NCBI GenBank assembly: GCA_025786725.1
Contig: JAHLTZ010000014.1
Coordinates: 1-64,000, forward strand
Origin: Syncephalis fuscata S228
Lineage: Eukaryota > Fungi > Zoopagomycota
Reading direction: 5' to 3'
DNA: 64,000 nt
Below the pieces are notes generated by a model. It did not search any database. It was not told the origin of the DNA and was given only the letters and a program-made list of their open reading frames with translations. How positions within the stretch are numbered: position 1 is the first letter of the stretch; every line of letters begins with the position of its first letter. The translations under genes were made by a program, and so were the position numbers. Shown in pieces: positions 53,701 to 64,000 of this stretch.

Positions 53701-53934
53701 CAATTGTGTATTTCCGGTACTCGGTATTTGGGAGCTAATTTTCTGTTGAATCGATTTTAAACGAGTGTTATGGCCAGTGCCCGTACTCATACCCGTGCCA
53801 AGCGTATCACTATTGCTGGCCGACTCGACCGACAAAATGGCCAAATTATTGATCATAAGCCATAACAGCGCAAACACACTCCACATACGACATTTGCGCT
53901 GATGGCGCGGTATAACATCAAGCTTCTCAAGCAT
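50770..53934 (-). CDS. ABCG half-transporter with N-terminal Cys-rich (CPxGxxCP) extracellular region
   Basis: Walker A GPSGAGKTT, signature ISGGQRKRV, Walker B LFLDEPTSGLD, C-terminal TM domain. Introns 53544-53613, 53111-53192, 52636-52700, 51033-51117, 50871-50923. 1-nt deletion near 52885. Confidence 0.9.
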
Positions 53935-54818
53935 TTTGCCGAGAACGAGTAGGTACAGAGCGTTTCTAATACAAAATAATAATAATAATAATAATAATGG
54001 CCCTCTTATACCTCATATGTTAGTTTAGATATTGGAGAAGAGAAAAGAAAATATCAAGTATTGCACGGTTGGTAAACGACAAATGATTCATTTATCGCCA
54101 TATAGCCGCAGCGTCTATAACAAGCGAGTTTGCATGCTAGATATGCCATTGTTAAGGTTTCTAGGGCATTCGGTATCCGTCTCGGTTGTCATCAACATGT
54201 AACAGTTTTATTTCAGGGGATGACAAACGACACTTGACAACAATCGTGTATACTATGTAAAAGTAAGCGTGTTGCTAATGGATAGGCGTGTAGCTGCACA
54301 TACACAATAGTTACGCAACATAAACACAAAAACGACGCCAAGACCAATATGGCCCTGGACTCCAAGAACTACTGCCATCAATACACGATTAAAGCAAATG
54401 AACACGCTAGTACATTAGTCAATTATTTTAAATTTGTTATTATTGGTAGATATTAAATGTAATTCAACGTGTAAATAGCACAGTGAGATAATCAAACGCA
54501 ATTAAATACACTGGAACATTGGTCAATTATTTTCAAACTCGTCATTGTCAGTATATATTAAACGCAATTCAAAACGGTGCGTCTTTTCAATGAATAATCC
54601 AATATGTGGATAACACAGTACCAGGAAGAGTGGAAGAATTGGAACAGGGAAAACTAGGTCGAAGATAGGATGAACAAATCCTAATATGCAATGAACGCAC
54701 AAGGATAATCAGCGTATTGTACGATAATCTGCGGTTATTTGCAACTGGTGTTATTATTATTGTACCAGAATAGCTTACACCATAAACAAGCGAAATAATG
54801 TATTAAACGTGCAGATTT

Positions 54819-56022
54819 CTACAAGAAGTAGTCAGGTGTACGACGCGTCACATGTGGTTCTCCTTTACGGGGGGCTGGATCAAATTGCAAGCTAACATTG
54901 AAATACAATTAGTACAAACTCTATAAACGGCCATTGTATACGTATAACGACTTACAAAGTGTATTTCATTCGCTCGTCAATCTCCATGATCGCAGCTTGA
55001 TTGCCGCATCGATAACAGTAGTTGGGTGCACTAAAGATAGTGACGACATTTTGCTCCTGTGTCCAGTTGTAACCTTCCATGACAAGTTGATGTGCACGCG
55101 CAATCAGATTAAGACCGTTGTTATGGTTAAATGCCTCGGAAATATCCTGACCAAACGTGTAGCCGGCACCACGCGGTGAAATGCCCCAGCCGCTACGATC
55201 ATCGGGATCCGACCAAAGTAGATCACACATAGGGCCTTCGTGTGGTACTTCTTGAATACGATCTAAGGCACGAACATGGTCGAGTGTATCGATGGATGGC
55301 GATAGACCGCCGTGCAGACAGAAGATCTAAATAAAGCATTTAACACATAGCATATGGCAGTTTACAAACAATCTACCTGATCGTCGATAAGAGCAGTAAG
55401 TGGAAGATAGTCGAATAGATCAGTAAAGAACTTCCAGACATTGGCGTTGCCGTATTTACGCAAACACTCGTCGTAGAAACCGTAGACCTGAGTGATTTGA
55501 CGCGATTCGTGATTACCACGTAGAATGGTTACTCGGTCACGATAGCGCACCTTCATTGCTACCAGCAGTGTTACTGTCTCGACTGAATAGTAGCCACGAT
55601 CTACATAATCGCCCATGAACAAATAGTTGGTGTCGGGGCAGTTGCCGCCAATGCGAAACAGCTCCTGCAAGTCATGTAACTGGCCGTGAATATCACCACA
55701 CACGGTGACCGGGCACCGTACAGGCTGCACATTAGACTCTGCCATCAATACTTCACGTGCCTAATCGATGATAGAAAAAATCATTAGACGCTGATTTATG
55801 TAGGCGATCAATGACACAAGCAGCATACATGCGGCATCATCTACACCATGCTATTTCTGCTATTACCTTATCACATAGCTTCTTTACATCATTTTCCGGC
55901 AGTAATTTGCACTGCTCTAGCATGCCAATCCAGGCGTCCACGTTATCGACATCGCCGCCAGGAACCACTGAGGGAGCAACCGGGTTCATCGGCGTGTCTG
56001 TGGGAACTACTTCCATGTTCAT
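54819..56022 (-). CDS. PPH21: Protein phosphatase 2A catalytic subunit
   Basis: [29 protein letters not shown] and the diagnostic C-terminus RRTPDYFL*; three introns. Confidence 0.95.
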
Positions 56023-57653
56023 TGTGTAAATAAACAGTTATTGCTATCTAACCAAAATACGTAGCATTAGTGTTGTCGTATAACGAGAAAAGCGCCGTTT
56101 AATAATGAGCTGTTGTAGCATAAAGATGAAAGGATAGGTTGCGTATACAAGACATGGCATGCATCAATAGCATACATCCATAGATGCCAGTAGAGCTATA
56201 TGCATGCCGATGACCTCATACATGCAATCATCAAAGCACATCGTCCAACATCCACAGTATCTTTAACGTACCTTAAGATCGAGAAAAGGATCTCGGCGTC
56301 GAGTACGGCAACAGAAGAGAGAAAGAGAACGAAAGGTGAAAGGGAAGAAAATGGCAGGTGTGAGAATGAGAAGCTGTATTGATGAGATGTGCGCGCTTGT
56401 GAGCAAGTGTGAGTAGGAGAAGGTTGTTGTTTGATAGGTCACGAGAAGGTGTACCAGTTTAATACAACAACGAACAACACCACTTTAATGTATTATAATA
56501 ATAAAATAGTTAATAATACCAATAACAGTACCGATACTAATAGCGTTAATACCAGCAATACTACTTTCTGCTTTGCCTATACTCTGTGGTAAAAGACGCA
56601 CTTTAAAGTGGGACAATAAGTAAACAACAAACTACAATGAGACAAAGCGACACGCTGTTGAGGACACACACACACACGGAAGACGAGGTAGCTTTTGTTT
56701 GAAACGAGTTGTTGCTGTTAATGATGACGATGAAGCGCAGAAGAAAGAAGCGCGCGTTTCAAGCCAAGGTAAAGACAAGCTGGCACGTTCATTGACGTGG
56801 ATGAAGCAATACTGGCGAACATAGATTGGGGCCAGCCATTGTTGCTTATAGACTCGGAATTTGACTTGCCAAGTATGGTTTGGGTCAAGTTTAACTGTGC
56901 TGAGAATGATCAGCCAATCTTATCACAACAAAAGTATAAAAATAGCTCCGCCCAAACTATTTGTAGTGCCATTAGTAAAAATGTGGTTATGTTTATAATA
57001 AAGTGCTAACATATGCTGGTCATTGAAATAATCCGTATAGCTACTATTACCTAGAATAAAGTGGTAGCGCAACGGCTAAGCCTATAATGTTTGCATTATA
57101 TTAGTACATAAAGTCAAATGATTCAGCTTATACATGCTGACACATATTCATTAATTTATGTATCTATTATTAGCCCTATTTAGTTGTTTAAATGACAATG
57201 CGGAGCTGCTCAACTAGGCCTTGGTGTTCCCGAGTATTGCCCATCGTCTTTTATCTGAATATTTAAATAGAACCTTTGAAACATACTATTCAACACTGAA
57301 AGCGCTTTCCTCTGCCTTTGCATGCTTCCATCATTCCAGTTAATGCTTCTTTGTTATCTGTGAAGTATATTACTAGTTGCATTACCCGCTCTTGCTCCCA
57401 TTCTTACACTCTCGCTTCGCTACCCTGCACTTTTATTTCATTTATTGTTGTGCTTTAGCAAAACACTTTGCTAAACAATCAATGAACATACTATACTACT
57501 AATAGCTAGTTGATACATCATTTTTAAAGACTGCTATAGTTAGTTACTCCAGCTCATCTCAAGTAGCACTTTTAAAGAGGCTATATTGCATTTTTATTCT
57601 TTCGTGTAGTGAACTACCTATTTCTTGGCGTGTATTATCAAGCAGCGCTTATC

Positions 57654-60321
57654 ATGCGGTGGAGTATAGGTTATTCGCTGCGGCGAAACATTTTGTTGGC
57701 TAGTGCTGCTATAGTCAGCACGACGGTAATCGTTAACGCCCAATTTTCTGGTAGTTTTGATCCAGAATCTTTTATCAATTCATTTAAATATATACCATCT
57801 CCCGAAACAGCGGTATGTAAATAGCATATCAATTATTAAAGATTTATTAAATTTAGTGTATTAATAATTGATTTTAGAAATATAAAGAGCCATGCAATTT
57901 CTTATCAACACCACAGCCAGGTTCCGGTTCATCTATCAGCTGGAACTGTCCAGCTGGCTTTTTCTGTATGGCACAAGGCAAGAAAGAAAAGTGTCCAGCT
58001 GGCTTTTACTGCCCAGATAACACGGCACAGCCTCAATACTGCTGTGGCGGCTACTACTGTCCAACACCGGATGTCATTAAGCTTTGTCCAGAAGGAAAAT
58101 TCTGTCCAAAAGGCAGCACTGTCACTCAAGGCTGCCATTTGCTTGCCTATTGTCCTGCAGGTTCTGCAACTGTTTCGAAAGTTGGTGTATTTGCCCTATT
58201 TTTAGGTTTGGTTATTTTAATTATACTGATATTTGCTGTCAAACAACGCAAAGACAATATCAAAAAGCTTAAATATCAACATTTATTGCAATATGGCTAT
58301 GGCGCGCAAGACGAGTCGGCCAATGTCGACATGGGTCAAGTTGAACGTACATTCGATATTAGCTTTCAAGATCTTGGCCTAGTGTTACCATCTGGTGTGG
58401 AAATTATGCGCGGTGTATCTGGTGAATTGAAATCGTCTCGGTGCTGTGCCATTCTAGGACCATCTGGTGCTGGTAAAACAACATTTGTGTCGTTGCTTAC
58501 TGGCAAAGCAAGACGTACAAGTGGCTACGTGAAAGTTAACGGCATCGATGAACCGCTTAGTAAATATAACAAATTAATTGGCTTTGTGCCACAAGAAGAT
58601 ACCATGTTACGCGAACTGACCGTTCGAGATATTTTAATCCATTCTGCTTTGATGCGACTACCTGCCGAATTGCCACTACATGCAAAAAAGAAGAAGGTGC
58701 TTGAAACCATCGAATATCTTGAACTAGGTCATGTTATGGACAGTATTATTGGTGATGAAGCTACGCGTGGTATTTCCGGAGGTCAACGTAAGCGTGTCAA
58801 TATCGGTATGGAACTTGTAGCCAATCCATCGGTACTATTCCTTGACGAACCAACCTCTGGACTTGATTCAGCAACATCGTATGAAGTCTGCTCACTATTA
58901 AGAAACATTGCTCACCGACAAAGACTAACAGTGGCCGCTGTTATTCATTCGCCATCACCACAAGCCTTTAACCAGTTTGACGATCTATTGGTGCTTGGCA
59001 AAGGTGGCCGTGTTGTCTACTTTGGACCTCGTGATAAAGCACTTGATTATTTCCACCGTATTGGATTTACCTGTCCACCGACGAGAATCCAGCCGATTTC
59101 TACATTGCTGTTACGTCGGGCAAAGTACGCTCTGCATTCACTGCCGATTTCCATCCTAAAGATCTATTCACTTACTGGGAACGATTTGAACGCGACGAAG
59201 AGCCATTTACACCAAGTGCTGGTGGCGGCAAGTTTCATCGCATGTCTATTTTGGAAAGTGGTGCCACTCAGTTAGGCATGAGTACTGACGACGATAAACG
59301 CGGATTTGGTGGATTTATATCTGATGTCGGTAAAGCTATTTGGTCTGGCTTAAACGACTTCTATTTCTATATTGCCGACGTTTTATCCGAGTTCTTTATG
59401 TTTATTTTCTCTCTGTTGACATTTTGTAAAAGCGACCCGGTTCGTAATACCCCTAATATGCCTGTAGTATTTTGGCTATGCTCTAAACGTGCCTGGATGC
59501 AAATCTACCGATCACGAGGTCAATTCATTTACGACCAGCTACTTCATCTTGGCTGCGGTGCATTCATTAGTATTGCTTCACGCCAATTTGATTACCTTGG
59601 ACGCCAGCCAAAATCTATTTGTAGCATTGCACCTCTTGCACTGCGCTACCAGTGTAGCACGCCAATTGATCACATTGCCGAAGTTGGTGTATTTATGTCG
59701 CTCGGTGTTCTGTTCTCTGGCATTAGTGTAGGAGCTGCAACATTCGGTAACGAAAAGGTCGTTTACTGGCGTGATACAGCGGCCGGTATGACATCTATTC
59801 CATATTATCTGGCCAAAATGGTAGCCGATTTGCCTCGCTGCTTAATCGCAGCGCTTTGCTTTTCTCTTTCATTCATTGTATTCTTCCCTTACCGAAGCAA
59901 ATACGTTTTTATTTTTGGCATTATCACATTGCTTTACTTTGTCGCCTTTGCTATGGGCTACTTCATTTCAATGATTGTAAGAAAGGAAACAGTCGGTCTT
60001 GTAGGTACGGCATTTGCTTTAGCATGGGCTATTGTGCTATCTGGTGTTATTCCAGATTTGTACGATGTCACTAACGATAGCACCTACGATTATATACGTT
60101 GGATATGGAAAATATCTGCACCACGCTATGCCATCGAGGCGTTATTCATTAAAGAAGTAGGCGCTCGTCCATTTGAGGAAATTACTAACGATCAGCTACC
60201 GCATGAGTATGATCTTAAAAACTACACCAAGTCTTTGGTATGGTTAGCCATTATTGCTGTTGCATGGAATCTTTTTGCATTTATTTTCATGAAGCTTACT
60301 TATCGTGGAAAAACCAAATAA
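57654..60321 (+). CDS. ABCG half-transporter, paralog of 50770-53934
   Basis: N-terminal hydrophobic signal, CPAGFYCP repeats, same NBD motifs and TM domain; single intron 57813-57877; 1-nt deletion near 59080. Confidence 0.9.
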
Positions 60322-61690
60322 ACTGATTATTATTATTATACATATTATTTGTATCATTTGTATACACATTGTTACAGTTGTTTGATATTTGTAAATTAAA
60401 ACTCTGTCAATTCACATTCCGATAAACTTTTGTACGCAACACGCACACATTCCTACCATTAATCTTTGATATAACTTTTGTTAAAACTATATCATTTATA
60501 TAAGTATTTAGTAATATCAAATAATAATAATAAACTATACTCTTTTCTACTCTAGTTTTATTATAACTTAAACTATCAGAATTATACCGTTGAGACTTTG
60601 TATAAATCACTGATTATAGTAATATTTGGAATAAAAATGTTGCTAATATTAATCGTTATATTCTATTCAATTAATACAATTATACTTGACCAAGCCGGTT
60701 ACTCTATCTACTTTCACTCTTTTCTCGTCTGTTTAGTCATTGACTACAATAGTCTAACATGGGTATTGGTCGATAAGTATATGTGGATTGCATTTGTTAT
60801 TGTGATCCACCATTTTGCATGTAACCTACAATATCAATTATCAAATTCGTTAACATAAACATCAGTTGCGGTACAATATACTGTAGCTGTACTATTATTT
60901 AGCATTAGTTTTAAATGGGTACATATACTTGCTTGGTTTTTATATTACTAAACATCAGTGGGCGTTGTCATTGCATATTTTTAAGCAGGTTGGTTAGATA
61001 AATAATATAACAGTGGCGGCAAAGGAGAGTTATACATTGAACTGAAGTAATTATAATAAAAAAGTATGGGTATTTATTGAAGTGATACAACATTATAATA
61101 ATGACCTTATTAATATCTGTTTTATTAATCATGGAACTCGGTGGTGAATGGCATTAATTGTTGAAATAATTATTATTATATATTTATTATCCAGTAGATA
61201 TACATTCTATATTCACTTATATCGCTTTCATTATATACGCATACTACTACACGTCATTATATAATATATGATGATATGAGCACATAGCGATAATTGTAAT
61301 AAAGGATATATGTATATTAAGCAATAAAATTATGATGATGAATCTTTTAAACTTTGATATTACTCACCACCTAGTTCTATATTTAATAGAAAGAAAGTGT
61401 GTTCAATTACGTCAATATTGTAAATTTAGCCATTCGATACCCAAATCACATTAAGTTGCTAGTAAATTGTTAATAAAGGCATAAATATATGATAATAGTG
61501 TGAAATAATCCAATATATTTTAATCTAATACTAACGACACAGTAATGAGGCAATTAAATAGATCAGCGATATTATATTAGTACTTGTGGTCAATAGCTAT
61601 ATAAATACACCATGATTATTCTACAATAAATAATATATATATATATATTACACAGCCAAACATTAAATATTCTCAAATAAAAATTATTAT

Positions 61691-63752
61691 TTAGAACATG
61701 TAAGCTTTGTATACACGCCTATCATTTTCATCAACTCTACCAATAGCAACATTTGATACTGTATATTCAGATGCTTTCCAAACACTACCTTCATTTGATA
61801 GTAATAAATGTGCTGTATCACTGAGTCTTAGTGGCTTATATTTTTTGGCGTCTTCAGTTTGTCTGCTAATAAGGCGTGTTGGAGGGTCGTATATACGGCC
61901 AGTGCGCATATCAATAAACCAGTTTTTTCTGCGTGCTGAATCAAACAATCCACATAATGATCCAAGAAAGGGAGTAAGTGTTGAGTAATATAGACAAGCG
62001 ATTGAACGCAGTAGACTTCCGTCGTGAGCATTCAAAACATCAAATGTTTCTTCATTCCGACACGATCAGCTTTTCACTGTATAAGTTTGTAATACGATCG
62101 CCATTTATAAGCCTGCTCCACAGTATACGTCCTTGGTCAGCACTATCAATTGGCAATACTCGACCGTAATCTCTGGCATCAAATATTGATTGTGCTGAAG
62201 CATTCAGTGAAACTTTCCTAACACAAATAGTGACAATGTGGCACTGAATTTACCACCTACAAAACGTTTTAAATGATTTTCTTTGTCAAATATAATGATT
62301 AAACACATCTTTCTGTATAAGTTAAAGCTCAATTACGCCGTCCGGACAATATGGAATGGTGATTTGATCAGATAGTATTTTTTGACATTGAGATTGACCT
62401 TTTGCGCATCAAATACTTCCCATTGGATGCGTGTTGCTTGATTGCCATTGTCAACAGCGTGTAGATTTGGAGTATCGGTGGTCGTAGAATCAGTAGTAGA
62501 CTTTTTAGAGTTGGATATCATTGTCCATATAATAAATTGACATTGACTGTAAGAAGCAAACTGAATACAGGCTGGCGAGAGACAATTATCATATTCTGGA
62601 CTTCTATCCACTGGTTTCCGTCTAAATCAAATAAATAATATTTGTAATATGAATTTTTCCTATAGCTAGTGTTTAAAAGTACCCAATCATGATAAGAAGT
62701 AGACAAATTAAGTATATCTATTCTTTTTCTATCCCTAATTTGGAGTTAAGATAAATGATATTAGGTGGTGAATTGCCAGCAACAGGCCACACTAAAAGAG
62801 CCCGTCGTTTTTTAAACTCTCGTTTAGTTGAAGGCGTAGTGGCCGATGAACCCGTAGAATGCTCGTCTAAAGCATTAGAAGCTTTAGATTTATTCTCTTT
62901 AATGTACTGTGCCTCCATTTCAGCTACATTTGCTATTGTTGATGTTAATATATGGCTAATATAATCATTAGCATTGATAATCATTACTTACTTACTGGTT
63001 CGCCAATATCTATTAACTTGACATCACTATATGTATATATAAAAACATTACCCACAACAAATCGACGTGTTCCATAAAAAATACTAAATAAACTTTTTTA
63101 CAAAATAACAATGGTGCTGAAGGCATAGTCAGTTTTTTCCAGGTCAGTTCTTCTTTGTTGTGTCCATTTTTCTTATTAAATATATTATGCCAAATTAACC
63201 ACAATTCTGGTGCATCTCTATTTCCCCTTAGTGCATACCAAGGATTGACGCTTCTCAGCGCCGCTTGAGCGTGCTCACTAGTCGGCAACTGACACGTCCG
63301 TTTTTTGAATCGGCCCATCATAAAGTTGCGATTAGTCTGTCGACGTCTTTGATAAGCATAAAACCATTTGGTGGTTTCAAAATTAGGTGCTAACGGCAAA
63401 TGACTATTAGCTGATGTATATTCATTATCGGCATTATCAACAGTTGCAACAGCAGACAATAATAAATGTACCCGGCCTGCTTGATTTACACTGAGTGTAG
63501 ATTTTTCAATTCTGATGTAGGATTGATATCCAGATTATACCATGTAAGCCAGTCTTGTTCGCGTCGATCACCTAGACAAAACTTTTGTCTATATTGTCGC
63601 TCCCAATAATCGGGTTGGTCAACTATTATTTTATAAATATGTCGACAGCAGGTGGCAAAAAGCACCAGTTTTTTCCCTTCCATAAAACGACACAAATACA
63701 GCAAGGTATCATGGTTTTGCCAAAAGTGTTCACTATGTGTACCCAAAGACAT
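61691..63752 (-). pseudogene. F-box-like family gene, copy 4 (many 1-nt deletions)
   Basis: Reverse-complement match to copies 2 and 3, split into six or more ORFs. It lacks the nonsense codons of the other copies, so its frameshifts may be consensus errors. Confidence 0.65.
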
Positions 63753-64000
63753 AGTTGAACAGCAATAGTTGCTAAAAAGTACTACGTAGTAGATAGGAAA
63801 ACAGTGTTGGATGCAAGTAGAAAGAAAAGGCCTTGTAAGAATGCTGTTTGGATTAGTCTATCTACAATGGTTACACGATTGCATGTATTTACTAAATGTG
63901 TTTGATCTACTTTTGTTTTATTTATAAGAGTAATTCAAAAATTACATACTAGCACAATGAATTACCAATAAATACTAAACAAGGCTTTAATATGGCAATA

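Noticed and set aside
59070-59090. ABCG genes split into separate NBD and TM ORFs
   Set aside because: Each paralog supplies the base missing in the other (CCACCAGACGAG vs CCACCGACGAG; ATTCTAGGA vs ATTTAGGA); likely sequencing indels.

Overview
AT-rich eukaryotic DNA with short (~55-85 nt) spliceosomal introns. It looks like an early-diverging fungus: fused HIS7, fungal RAD2/KTI12/RAI1 and retained U12 AT-AC introns. A Zoopagomycota/Mucoromycota-type genome is my inference, not a proven assignment. Housekeeping genes are OMA1, RAD2/XPG, KTI12, RAI1, HIS7, a small mitochondrial protein, a C2H2 zinc-finger factor, PP2A catalytic subunit and two inverted ABCG half-transporters. They alternate with repeat-rich accessory blocks that hold four near-identical disrupted copies and one intact divergent paralog of an F-box-like gene. 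The main discovery is at 13832-17145, which looks like an ~81-bp satellite but is a gene. A signal-peptide/propeptide exon is followed by 34 micro-exons (33 of 3 nt, one of 6 nt), each flanked by AG and GT within tandemly duplicated ~78-nt introns. Spliced in phase 1 they give MKLSIAVVCAVVVALIAATAIVDAKPALVRR-ANSPECEECKEKYCSDRNWKFTKWWCSRDYCPKYC-stop, a secreted 6-Cys peptide with about one intron per codon. A tRNA-derived SINE sits in one of its introns. Three AT-AC minor-spliceosome introns occur in RAD2 (2) and KTI12 (1).
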